Source of the DNA: Octopus sinensis
Lineage: Eukaryota
Length of the DNA stretch: 64,000 nt
Assembly (NCBI RefSeq): GCF_006345805.1
Contig: NC_042998.1
Location: 201,562,001-201,626,000 of the forward strand
Reading direction: 5' to 3'
Each line of letters opens with the position of its first letter. Position 1 is the stretch's first letter. This document shows, piece by piece, positions 37,804 through 51,099 of this stretch. The position numbers and the translations under genes were made by a program. The notes under the pieces are model-generated. The model did no database searches. It was given only the letters and a program-made list of their open reading frames with translations, and had not been told where the DNA came from.

Positions 37804-38596
37804 GCCCGTGGGCAATTATGGAGTGAATTTCAAGACTTATAAATCTAATATTTTCCTATCCTTCCTTAATGGCGGTTCCCACATGCTGCTCATATCTCCA
37901 TATCTCGGTCTGCTTAGGAAGGTGATGTTTCTTTTAGTTTTCATATTTTCAAATGCTGTCCTCTGTCTATTATTTTAAAGTCATCTCACAGGAGGATGTA
38001 GCCACCATTATTCCATACATGATCAACTATACTCAATTTATCAATATCTTCTCGTGTCACACATTTCTACGTATATAATTATATATACATATACATATAT
38101 ATGCCTGTGTGTGTATGTGTGTGTGTGTGTGTGTATGTGTGTGTATGTGTGTGTGTGTGTGTGAGTGTATGTATTTGTGTCTGTGTCTGTGGCTGTGTAT
38201 ACAAATTTGTATATATTATATACATATATATGTTTGCTATGCTTTATTATTTGATGTCTTGCTTAACAATTCCATATATATATATATATAATAAATATTA
38301 GGGAATAAATCCAAACTTACAGGGAAAAATCAGATTTAGGATTGAATCCAATTTTATAGTAAAATATTATATTATATTAAATTAGAGACAAGATAAATAT
38401 TTAAACCACCTGATGAATGACTGTGACTCAAACATTTGGAGAAGTTAGCAGCCATGAAACTATCGTAGTGTGATATTAATTATATTTTTTTAATAATTTT
38501 GTTATATATTTAAATAATATAAATTAAATAATCTTATGTATTGGCTTAAGTTTTTCATTGTTTGATTTGCCTAATAGTGGTTTTGTCTCTAATTTA

Positions 38597-38663
<67 letters not shown>

Positions 38664-38899
38664 ATGGAATTAAACGCAGGTGTTATTGAAATCTTTATAA
38701 ATGAATAAAACGGCGTAAAAGAGTGCGATCTTAAAACATTTTAATAGAATGTGATGACTGCGTATAAGGTGAATGGAACGGAGAGACTGTTGCACAAGTA
38801 CCAGGCAGATTCTCATTTATATCTGAATACACTTGTTCAACAAGTTACGTGGTTTCTACAAGGAGACAGCAAGCTTTCCTCGGCCATCGTCTTATTTCA

Positions 38900-39240
38900 A
38901 TAGGTACACGTGTGGCTGTGTGGTGAGAAGTTTGCTTCTAGCCACATGGTTCCTCGTTCAGTTCCACTGTGTCGTGACACCTTGCTCAATTGATTTTTTA
39001 TTTTAAACGTGGGGCACCAAGTCCTCGTGAGTGGATTTGGTAAACGGCAACTGAAATAAGCCCGTTGTATGTATATGTGTGTGTGTTGGTTTGCGTGTTT
39101 TTGCGTGTGTGTATGCCTGCGTGTGTGAGCGTGTTTTTGTGCGAGTGTTTGTGTATGTATGTGTGTGTATGTGTGTGTATGTGTGCGTAAACATCAGTGA
39201 TGATACGTACAGTCGTATCAAACGGGGGCTTACACGATAA
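38900..39240 (+). mobile_element. Degraded SINE family A
   Basis: GTGGCTGTGTGGTGAGAAG...CCACATGGTTCC...GTGAGTGGATTTGGTAAACGGCAACTGAA. Confidence 0.7.
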
Positions 39241-41137
39241 GATATCTCATACGGAATGGAACCACTCGTTTTTAAAATCAAGATGGAATACGTCTGCTAT
39301 ATCAGAATTAAAATTGCTAGTCATATCATAGAACGTGTTATGTCTGATAATAATTTCGATGTGCTGGAAATCTGAATGATGTTGAATAAAACTATGCAGA
39401 AAGTAATAATGAAGAAATTTAGATAATATAGAGATAATAAAGGAAACTAGACAGCAACGAATTCAGAATTGCAACTAGACACCATTGTGATAATGGCTAA
39501 AATTACATACTGTTGTGATAATAAATACAAGTTGAAACCATACTGATAATGACATGGGTAACGTATCAATAATGAATGTGATTAGATAGCCAAATGGAAT
39601 ATAATTCAGTCAGCTACGCACATACACACGCACATAAAATCTATATGTGATTGCGTAGGATTTATATGAATGTGTGTGAGAGTGTGTTTGGGGGCGGATG
39701 TGTATGTATACATGTGTGCATGTGTGTGCCTGCGCGCAGTATATAGACTCTTATTATAACGGTCACGCTTTTAGGCTTATTCACGATCTTGGCATCGTGT
39801 TTTCGATTCATAGAGAGGAAAGCTTGCTATCTCTTTGTAGAAACCACTTGAATTTTCGACCAAGTGTATTCAGATATAAATGAGAACCTGCCTAGTACTA
39901 GTGCAACAGTATCTCCGTTACTTTCCCAAGTGGAATGTTGTTCTGGATCAATTGCATGGGTTGTGAGAGAGTTCGGCCTTTTGTGTCCTAATTCACTTGC
40001 TCTTTACTTTTTGGTCCCTCTTTTTTAATTCTCCTTCTCTTTCTTTACTTATCTATTTTTTTTCTGAGATTTCCTCTAACATGCTAAGAAGGACAATGCT
40101 CGATGTATTGTAGCTTTTACTCTGTCATTTTTATTTTTTTCTTGAGTGTTACCTCCATAATATTAACTCAAAACGTCTCTTGATTTTTGCCGTTCCTGTG
40201 CTTTTTTTCTTATTTGTTATTTAAATTTCCTTTCTTTCCACATACACAAAAGCACATATATGTATAAATATAATAGTATACGGAGATATTCATATGGATA
40301 TGTGTGTGTGTGTTTCTGTTTGTGTGTATATACACAACTTGAATAGCCGTCGTTGCCAGAATAGAATATATTATATAAATTTTTATAAATTCCATATTAG
40401 AGTATGCAGTTACCGACAGATAAACCTCTTAATCAGGACAGATTTGAGCTATTTTTCGGAAAAAATTTTCGTTGAGAATTTTGGTTTTTTTTGCATAATT
40501 TTCATGTCTGTTCGACGGTTTCACATGATTTTCTTCCTTAAAACTTCAAAGTTACTTACAACTTCGGCCGTCGTAATGCTTTGCTTTCGTTTACTTAATA
40601 AAAATCCTCCTCCTACTGATTTTGCTTTCGTTTCCTGATATACAGCTATCATGCTTCCAACTGCCAGCTTTCAAATCCTGGTTGCTGATTAGTTAAAACA
40701 GGGGAGATAAGCACCTCCACCAAAAAAAGCCAGCACCAGAAATTAGTTTCATGGTAGTTGTCTTTCATCAGTCTGGGGTAGCTTTGCTTTGCTAGCTATT
40801 TGAGGGAATATTATTCCTAACTTACAAGGAAAAATTCAATTTAGAAATGCTAAATCAAATTTCACAAAATATGATATGTATATATAAAAAGTTAGACAAA
40901 CACCAACTTTTATCAATTGAAAATGAACAATTAAATTACACCATCTAGAAAATTACATATAACAGAAATATTAAAATTATAAAAACAATAATATACCGAA
41001 GATTAAGTAAATTGCAAAAACAATTATATTTGTATATATCTATTTTTATGTGTACACACACACACAAACAGATTTATACACAAACATACACACACATATA
41101 CACACATATATATATATACATGTATATATATATATAT

Positions 41138-41176
<39 letters not shown>

Positions 41177-43854
41177 TATATATAATCACTTATAAGCGGA
41201 CTCGCATATACTTGTATATATCACACATACATACATAAGCACAAACAGGATTGCATTGATACTTATATACGTGCATACATATATACATACATTCATACAT
41301 ACATGCATATATCCAAACATAAATGCATGCATGCATATATACATACATATACACACGCATACAAGATCCTACTTATTTTCCGACTGTTACCATATAAATG
41401 TACTCAAGCCATCATTCACTTCTGAATTGATATGTGAGAGTGTTTACCTGAATTCAGTGGGATGCAAACCTTCATGTCACCTCCTCCGGTATTAAAGCAG
41501 GTATATTTGACTTGTTCTTTCTCATATAAGATCTCCACATTGTATTTCATTTCAAATAAGAATTTTCAATTATGTAGAGCCCCATGTAAACCCTAAAGAA
41601 ATATCCTACATTTCTTTTTCTAGGAAATTAATTGTTTGTATCGAAAGTCACGTACCTGATAATAACCAATATTTTTTTTTAAAAAAGGGAATTCGTATTT
41701 AGTGAACACAAATCTACCGTATAGTATTTACCTAACACGTGCACTTTTCCTTAAGCCTTTTTGCAATGCAATGTCAAAGAGAATGGATTCTAAGCAAGCA
41801 GATGACGTTGCAGATCTGGGGGCACTTCGAAATACTCAAGCATTATTCTCTTTAATTTTAACACGAACGAATTATGAAGTTTAACCTAGTTATGTGAACT
41901 GCGCTATCCAACAACATTCCAACATCCAAACACTGATTCCATTAAGAGAATATAACATAGCAAGTAAACAAAACATTTTCACCCACATGTTACTTCATAT
42001 GATTCACGTATACTGCTTTTGACAACGGAACACAAACACACCAAATACATATCCAATATTCATAGTTGACATCAGTTCCAAACATTACTTTCCGACAGGC
42101 CCTTTTAAGTTCAGAGCCCATAATAATACCAGGTACACACAGACGAAGTGGAACACAGAGTTCACACTCCAATGTATAAATATATATTGACTGACTGATT
42201 GTATCACCTTGACAGATGACAGCCGTCTCATCAACACACACACACCATATTCCATCACGCAGCACAATCCCTCCTTTGATGAGTTATCAGATGACGTTGA
42301 AGACCAGCTGCTGACTGACAGGTTTTAAGATACACTTGACAAGCACTATTCGAATTCCTACTACATCTTTACTTTTTGAAACCTGATTCTTAAGAAATGA
42401 TTTTGCAAACTAGCATATGTCTTTTACTCCAGATATTGTCATACAAGTTTTTCGACATAGGACATACGATGTAAGAGGTAGTCTGGGTTCAAGATTATTA
42501 CTTACCTGGGCATTTCGATTTTCATGTAACTTCATATGATTCACGTATCCTGCTTTTGACAACGGAACATAATCGCACAAAATGCATATCCATTATTCAC
42601 AGTTCATTTCCGACAGGCCCTTTTAAGCTCAGAATGCTGTATCATCTTTTCCTCCCAGCCCTTACAACCAGTTCTAACCGTATAACGCCACTAATTCCAA
42701 CCCAGAGTATCAGTTTCCCATTCACTTTTGTTCATATGTAGATTCTTCAGGTGTTCCTTCCGGTTTTCTTTCATATTCTATAACTTTCCCTTGGCTTATG
42801 TTGTGATCGCTTGACAGATTTGAGCTCACCATGAAAAAGACACTTTGACAATCGCTCATCTTTCATTCTAATAAGAAGTCCGGTCGATCACTTTTCACCC
42901 AAGATGACATGTTCAATTGAGTTACAACATTCCAGTGGCAAAACGTCTGTATCCGATATGAAACAAACCCGCTCGACTATCAAGATATGCGTGAGGCACT
43001 TTTGGTAAGGTTGAGAGACTGAATGAAGGTCAAGGAAGTGATTAAGCGCAAGAAGGCTCTCGTTGTGTGCGATTACCGTATATAAAGACTCGATATCGCG
43101 AGAGAACGGAAGTTGAGAAGGATCAGAAGGGAAGGACAGAAAGTTATAGCGACGAAGAGCATGATTAGTGTCGTGAATGTGACGGAAGGAGAGCCACCAA
43201 GGAGGCAAGGACACAATTAAGATATTAGAGAGAGAGAGAGAGAGAGAGCGTGAGAGAGAGAGAGAGAAATATACATACACACATATATTTAATGCGAATG
43301 TGTCTATATTGGTGAATTAACTAGAGTAAATAATGATACACGATGGATAATAAAATAAGCTATTATATATATAATACTTTTTAAATAGCATTCACGTTGC
43401 TTTTGTATCATCTACTTTGATGGAGGAACAGTATTAAAATCTACCACGTTAACTATTACAGTATGTTTTCTTTTGACAGCCGATTCGTCTAATACATACA
43501 TACATACATATATATATATATATAATATATATATATATATTTATTTATTTATTATTTATATAAAGATACAGTGTACATTTAAACACATAGAAGGAGTAGT
43601 TAAATATATATATATAATTTCAGGATAGCAAAGAAAATTAAGAAAGTTTCTTTGCTACCAGTGTCTAGCGAGAGATTCATATAAAAATACAGTGTACATT
43701 TAAACACATAAGAGATAGCCATAACAAGACATCTGACCCGCTAGAAAGAGTAGTTAAACTCCAAACCACTATTTCGAAAGGGAATTTAAAATAAAAAAAA
43801 AATTACCCTCTATTTCTAGGAAATTAATCACAAGAATGAATAATTTTTTAATCA

Positions 43855-44455
43855 AATTGTAACATGTTGTGGAAAATAGATCCAATAAAACAACTGTAAA
43901 CGTTCATCACAATGGTTGGAGAAAGACGAGCCGCCAAAACACAGTCCAAATAGCAAACTTCATGAAAAGAAGCTGATGGTATCTGTTTGCTGGTCTGGCG
44001 CAGGTGTGATTCATTATGATTTCATTAAACCTGGCTCATCAACCCCGGCCGAAGTATACTGCAACCAGCTGGACCCAAATGATGCTAAAACTTACAAAAA
44101 TGCGCAGCCTAGATTAGTGAACAGACCCACTCCTAGTTTATTGCAAGACAATGCCAGACCATACTCCATCATCTACCAGACTCACCGGATCTTGCCCCCA
44201 CTGAATACCACTTCTTGAAGAATTTCGATAGTTTGATAGAATTAATTCCGACGATGAGGCAAAAGAGGCCTTCCAAGATCTTATTGACTTTTGATTGCCA
44301 GGCTTTTAGAGTTCTGGACTGGACAAGCTACCGCTGAAATAGTAAAAGTGTATTGACAATATGGGTGCACACTTGATGAATGGTACTATACCTTGGATTT
44401 ATGAAATAATAGCAAACTTTTTTCTTCTCTATAAATTTCCTATTTGACGACCTAA
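43855..44455 (+). mobile_element. Mariner transposon, 3' half with right TIR
   Basis: QWLEKDEPPKHSPNSKLHEKKLMVSVCWSGAGVIHYDFIKPG...LLQDNARPY. Right end reads TTAGGTCGTCAAATAGGAAAT on the minus strand, then TA. Confidence 0.85.
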
Positions 44456-44524
44456 TATATATGTAATGCATGAATAATATCATTTAATTGAAGTTTTTCG
44501 ATTTACTATATCTTTTCTACTCTA

Positions 44525-44720
44525 TGCACAAGGCCCGGAATTTTGAGGGAGGGGCCCAGTCAATAAGATCGATCCCAGTATGCAACTGGTACTTAATTTA
44601 TCGACCCCGAAACGATGAAAGACAAAGTTTGCCTCAGCGGAATTCGAACTTGGAACATAAAGAGAGACGAAATACCGCTAAGCTTTTCGCCCGGTGTGAT
44701 AACGCTTCTGCCAACTCGAT
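44525..44720 (-). mobile_element. SINE family B variant
   Basis: Reverse-complement family B head and core with a different 3' segment. Confidence 0.8.
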
Positions 44721-44804
44721 GACTTTTACGATTTACTATATCACATAAGTGATGTGCTGCTTCATGTGTGTGTAATATAAGTTTCAAGTTCAGGCACAAC
44801 GCAA

Positions 44805-44982
44805 GCAGGTTTGGGTGAGGAGCTAAGTCGATTAAATTGACCCAGTCACTTATTTTATCGATCACAAAAGGATAAACGACAAAGTGAACCCCGGAGGAAT
44901 TTGAGTTCAGAACGTGAAGACGGACGAAATAGAGCCAAGCTTTTCTCCGGTGTCCTAACGATTTTGAAAGTTCACCACCTCA
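44805..44982 (-). mobile_element. SINE family B variant, older
   Basis: Diverged reverse-complement copy. Confidence 0.7.
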
Positions 44983-45357
44983 CATGTGTGTGCAATAATT
45001 ATACCACTGAACTGAATCAAATTCGCTAAGCCACATTAATAATGAATGTCACTACATTACTTCCATTCTTTTATATATTTACTTCTACAGAATATCTTTC
45101 TAAATAAACTGAAAATACGTCTGCGACGATATCTAGGAAGGCTGGTATACTTTTTTACCATTTGGCCTTAAAGACGTGTCCACATCCGTACTGTCTCAGT
45201 TTATATGACAAACACTTTATTGTTGGGTAGCATAAGAGATAACTCGTTTGTTGTTTTTTTTCTTCTAAGATCGTAAGCACCCCAAGGAGAAGTTAATTCG
45301 TGTTTTCGTTATAATTATATGTTATATACATGAAATATTTCAATATATCTCTTTTTT

Positions 45358-45537
45358 TCTCTTTTACTCTTTTACTTGACTGCGGCCATGCTGGAGCACC
45401 GCCTTTAGTCGATCAAATCGACCCCGGGACTTATTCTTTGTAAACCCAGTACTTATTCTATCGGTCTCTTTTGCCGAACCGCTAAGTAACGGGGACGTAA
45501 ACACACCAGCATCGGTTGTCAAGCAATGCTAGGAGGA

Positions 45538-45593
<56 letters not shown>

Positions 45594-45735
45594 CATACAT
45601 ACGACAGGCTTCTTTCAGTTTCCGTCTACCAAATCCACTCACAAGGCATTCGTCAGCCCGGGGCTATAGCAGAAGACACATGCCCAAGATGCCACGCAGT
45701 GGGACTGAACCCGCAACATCCACTCCTGCGCCTAT
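45358..45735 (-). mobile_element. SINE family A with a deletion inside the tRNA head
   Basis: Head reads GAACCCGCAACATCCACTCCTGCGCC on the plus strand, about 30 nt shorter than other copies. Confidence 0.88.
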
Positions 45736-46626
45736 TATTAATTGCTGTTCTATGCGTTATTCATTAATTATATACAGTTTCAGGTTTAATTATTGTTTCG
45801 AACTCATAGATCGAAAACGGATGAAACTAGCATCGTCTAAATGACTGAATATGTTTCTTTCCCATCTAAATCATTCAGTGCATATAATTAGGAAACTAGA
45901 AATATCTCGTGTCTACACAGCATCTTATCTTATTGAAACATAGCTCAAAAAGTCACAAAGACAGTTTTGTATCCGAGGACTCTAGCAATAATTCGAATTT
46001 ATCTCCATCATATATATGTGTTAACCGATTTTTCACTTTTATCCTTTTAATGAGTAAGAAATTTTTCGTTCAGGGTGAGTTCAGTACAAACATATACCTA
46101 AAGGGTGTTAAATCTATTTTGCACTTACTTAATGATAATTGAAATGATCATTATTTCTCTAGAAGTTTTCATTGTTCAGACAAATGACCAAGGATGTGTG
46201 AATAAGTAAATTCTGGAATATAGACATTTGGACTCTATTAACCTTCTTAACACCATGAAGATACAAAAATATATATAAAATTGCTTTATTATTCCAAAAT
46301 GTGTAATCTTCGGCGAAGGAAGTGTTTTCTAATATGCCTACTTCCCAAAACTAGTTGTATTCACTCTATTTTAAACACGTCATATTACACGAAAGTTTTG
46401 CAACAAAAGTTAACTAATTCAAGCTTGTTTCGTGCCCACACCCCTTTCTATTTCCTTTTTTTCTTTATAAATATCACAGTTTAAGAAAGACCGTTTAGAT
46501 ATGACCCTTTGCAGTGCCGGACAGGTAAATATTTTATAGAGGGAGATATGACAAAAGCAAAGCTCGAAAAGGGAACAATTAAAATTCCATAGAGTGGCTA
46601 ATCACTTGTTATTCATAGAGTGATCA

Positions 46627-47230
46627 AGGCGGCGAGCTGGAAGAGTCGTTAGCCCGCTGGTGAAAATGCTTAGCGGTATTTCGTCCGGGGAGATAGCAGA
46701 AACGTTAGCACGCCGGGCGAAATGCTTTGCGGTATTTCGTCCACCGCTGCGTTCTGAGTTCAAATTCCGCCGAGGTCGACTTTGCCTTTCATCCTTTCGG
46801 GGTCGATGAATTAAGTACCAGTTACGCACTGGGGTCGATGTAATCGACTTAATCCGTTTGTCTCTCCTTGTTTGTCTTTTCTGTATTTAGCCCCCAGTGG
46901 GTAGTAAACAAATAGGCATTTCGTCCGTCTTTACGTTCTGAGTTCATATTTCGAAATGGTCGACTTTCCCTTTTATATTTTCTTGATCGCTAAAATAGGT
47001 TTAGTTTGAATTCTGGGGTCGTTGCATTCTGGGGTCGTTGAATTCTGGGGTCGTAGCCAGCTGTCCTAATCGTTAGCAAGCCAGGCAAAATGCATAGCAG
47101 CATTTCGTCCATCTTCATTACAAATCTACGAAGGGCGACTTAGTTTTGTATCCTTCTAAACTTGATGAAATAAACACAACTTGAGCACTGGGGCCGATAT
47201 CATCAACTTACCTCCACTCACGAACCTGTT
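46627..47230 (+). mobile_element. Tandem cluster of family B SINE units
   Basis: Duplicated head, full monomer, head-truncated second monomer joined at AAATAGGCATTTCGTC, 3x TTCTGGGGTCGT repeats, then another diverged unit. Confidence 0.8.
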
Positions 47231-47794
47231 GACCTTATGCCAACTACTTAGCGGAAGGTGATATTTTGCATCTTAGATGACATAATATAGAAGTGACACT
47301 CACATGATTTTGATTTCCTGTTGAATTCATTTCATTCCACCACTTCGTTTTTTATGCTGTTTGAAAGGTTATAAGTGCTATTATATCCCATTCCATCAGC
47401 TCATTTTATCTGAATTATTGACAAAATGGCAGACCTGTCTGTATGTGTAAAGCAAAGCGAGGGAAGTGAATGTATACAGCGTTAAACTGTTTGGAGAAGT
47501 TTTACTGGAATAATGATTTGGAATCTATTTGTGGCGAGAATTTTAAAGTGTGTGAAGATATCAATTTGAATAACAAAGGACTGTGATCAACCCTCAACTG
47601 ACACAAGCATGTCCCTGCGTAATGACCTCGTTTTTTGATACCGTGATACATATAATAAAATTCTGCATTCAGTTGCAATTTCGATCTATCTATTTGACGA
47701 TCCGTAACACTAATTAAGGGCCATTCACAAGAATACATGTTAGTGATTTAAGATTGAATCTATAAACATTTTGAAAAGCATATATCAATACACG

Positions 47795-47802
47795 CACACA
47801 CA

Positions 47803-47882
<80 letters not shown>

Positions 47883-47981
47883 CATACATACATACAATAT
47901 ATATATAAAATACTGTGTGTGTATGTATATACGTATCGAACTATATTGTGTGTGTATATATATATATATATACATAAATAC

Positions 47982-48065
<84 letters not shown>
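47795..48065. repeat. (TA)n-rich microsatellite array
   Basis: Direct reading. Confidence 0.95.
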
Positions 48066-48067
<2 letters not shown>

Positions 48068-48169
48068 CGTGTGTATGTACTTTGATACTTTGATACTTTG
48101 ATAGGTTTCGGCCATTATTGGCCCAGGCCATGTCTAACTTAATAGCACCACCTGGTGAAGTCTTTCAAG

Positions 48170-51070
48170 TCAGAATTTGGGCACTATGGCCCACTCAAGT
48201 AGAGAGTTATTGTTTACAGAGACATATCCGGGTGTAGGGGGTTTATCCGGGATTTCTTGAAGGAATCTGTCCAAAGACTTCTTGAACCCTATAGGGTCAG
48301 TTTCTGTTTTAATGTGTTTTGGTGTAATGTTAAAGAGAGCGGGGCCAATTGAGGTGAAATAATTGTGCCGTATTGTTGTTATGAGATGAGAGTGCGATTT
48401 TTGTTTTGGGCGGATGGCACGGGGCCCAAGCCTTGGATGTACCTTAAAGGTGATGCCAACATCATTTGGGCAATGCTGATGGAATATTTTCCACATCATG
48501 CAGATGATGTAGCGCTCACGACGAATAGAGTTTTAGCTTTTCTAGTCGACCCCAATAGTCGAGGCCTGTCATGCCATCTATCTTTTTTGTGATTGCCCTT
48601 TGAGGTGCTTCAACTTTTATGATACCTTGTATTGTGTGGGGAGACCACAGTGGACAACAGTATTCAAGGTGGGGTCGGGCAAAAGTGGAGAAGAAAAGGA
48701 TAATGGTGTGGATATCTCTCGACTGGAAAGTTCTGAGAATCCAGGAACACAATTCTGCGGGCCATGTCAACTTTGGTGTTTATATGAGTGGCCCAGCTTA
48801 CGTTGTTGTCCACAATTACTCCTAAGTCTCTGATGTTTTGGACGCCGCGAGAGTTTCACCTGAAGGAAGGGAGTATGGGAATTTCAGGGCATCCTCTTTT
48901 CCAAAGTGGATTAGCTCAAATTTATCCTCGTTCAGCAGCATATTGTTTTTTCTGCCCATTGGATAACAGCCAGTAGATCTGACTGAAGGCATGTCCGGTC
49001 ACTCGCCTCATTTATGACCTTCTGTAGCTTGGAGTCATCTGCAAAGATTTTTATGTTGCTGTGCTTGATGATGTCATTAATGTCATTAATGTAAATGATG
49101 AAAAGAAGTGGGCCCAGCACAGTGCCTTGCGGAACGCCACTACTGACTTTGGCTGGGCTTGATTTTACCCCTTCAACTACAACATGTTGAGATCTGTCTG
49201 TCAGGAGGAAACACTTAATCCATTTCAGTAACTTCCAGAGACACCAATGTTGGATAGTTTTTTCAATAGGATCTTGTGATCGACCCTGTCGAAGGCCTTA
49301 CTGAAATCAAGGTAGATGACATCGGTGTTGGAGCCCTCTCCCAAAGCTCTCAAAATGTCCTCAAAGTGATGCAGGAGCTGCGTTAGGCAGTCCCTTCCAT
49401 TACGGAACCCATGTTGGTGGAGATCAGCCGTCTGTTGCTTTCCAGAAATTGGGTTATTCGAGATCTCACCACCCTCTCAAATACCTTGATGATATGAGAG
49501 GTGAGTGAGATCGGACGGTAATTCACTGCAAGGGACTTGTTTCCCTTTTTGAAAACTGGGACAACAGACTGGGACAGAAGGTTTTTTGGAATATAGCCAG
49601 CATCCAGTGAGTTTCTCCACAGATTAGCAAGGGGAGATGCAAGTTGGTGTCGACACACCTTCAGTACACAAGCAGGGAACCTATCGGGGCCTACTGCTGA
49701 ATTGTGTTTTATTTCGTTTATCGCCGCTAAGACATCAGGGGCACTAAACGTTATGTCCGATATAGTGTGTGGGGGTTGACATCACTGATACAGCCCAGAT
49801 CGGCCATATCAGGATTGCTGAAAACAGAGCAGTATTGTTTCTGCAGTATCTCGGCCATGGATTTGGCATTATCTTGGAGAGTGCCAGTTTCGTCAATTAG
49901 AGGGCCTACAGTGGAGACAGTGACCCTGCGTTTCCTCGCAAATGAAAAGAACACTTTGGGGTTGAGTTTGATTTTTTCAATGGCCCACTCTCCTCAGCTG
50001 ATCTTTGGTTATTGATGAGGGTCTTCATGCATTGTTGGAGGTTATTATTTTTGGATTCAAGCAGTGCGATAGCCGTCGAATGTGTGTGTTGCTGTTGGCA
50101 GTACTTTAGTTTGTTAATTTTTTTGTTTGTTCTTTTTATTTTTCTGATAATGGTTTTTCTGTTTTGGGGGATTCTGCACTTTTTGTTCACAGGTCTTGGT
50201 GGGGAGTGTTTTGCACATATGTCTGTGACGGTGTCTACAAAGATCTGCCAAGATGTTTTATGGTTGGTGGAGATGTGTGTATGTGTAAAGGACCAGTCAA
50301 CATTTGATAGCTCGTTCCTGATTGCATCCCAGTTGGCTTTATGGAGATCCATGTTGTCAAATGGGTGGGCTGGAGGAAGGTCACTAGGATTAGCTTTCGG
50401 CTGGTGGAATTTCATGTTACAGAGAACCATGTCATGGTCTGAAAGAAGGGTTTTTTCCACTGTAACGTTATGTATAGTGTTAGTGTGGTTACTAAACACT
50501 AGGTCCAAAATGTTCTGATGTCTTGTTGGTGCAAGGACAAGTTGGGACAAGAAAAACTCATTCGTAAAGTCGAAAAGTGACTCTGCTGCTTCTTTGTCAG
50601 CGGTTGAGGCGGGAGTGCTTGGTTTCAAACAGTTTGTAGTCCAGTCAACACAGGGTAGATTGAAGTCTCCCATCATGAGTATGTTGCTAGAATGGCACTG
50701 TTGAATAAAGCACTTAATGCTGTTGACGCATTCTTTAAAGCACAGTATGGGTGTTTGGGGCGGCCTATAGAGCCCAATTACTGTCAGGTCATTGGCTTTG
50801 TTGTGCACGGTGACTGATTCACAGTAGCCGTTGGAGAATATACTATTTCCATCTGCCGTAAATGAATCATGCAGGAAAATGGCAGTTCCACCCTCCTCCT
50901 GCCGATACGATCCGCGCGGATGGTTGTGAAATTCTTCACTCTCACTTCGGCTTCCAAGTGGGAGTTGTCAAGGTGGGTCTCAGTGAGAATGAAGAAAGGG
51001 ATGTGGTGTGAATGGTTACCAACCCAGTCTTCAATGAATTGGACCTTCCATTTTTGTGCATTGATGGAAG
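48170..51070 (-). pseudogene. CR1 ORF2 (AP endonuclease and reverse transcriptase), broken by several frameshifts
   Basis: ILTETHL, GLYRPP, MGDFNLPCVDW, NYRPISLTSHIIKVFERVV, YLDFSKAFDRVDH, GVPQGTVLGPLLFIIYINDI, FADDSKL, RPHLEYCCPLWSP, ending NNNSLLEW. Confidence 0.9.
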
Positions 51071-51099
51071 GGCTGACACCTGTGCATTGAGTAGGAATG

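Noticed and set aside
42790-43220. Possible solo LTR or promoter (TATATAAAG, CGGAAGT)
   Set aside because: No second copy, TSD or PBS/PPT visible.
47008-47060. Short direct repeats TTCTGGGGTCGT x3 as a CRISPR-like array
   Set aside because: No unique spacers; slippage of a SINE-internal motif in eukaryotic DNA.
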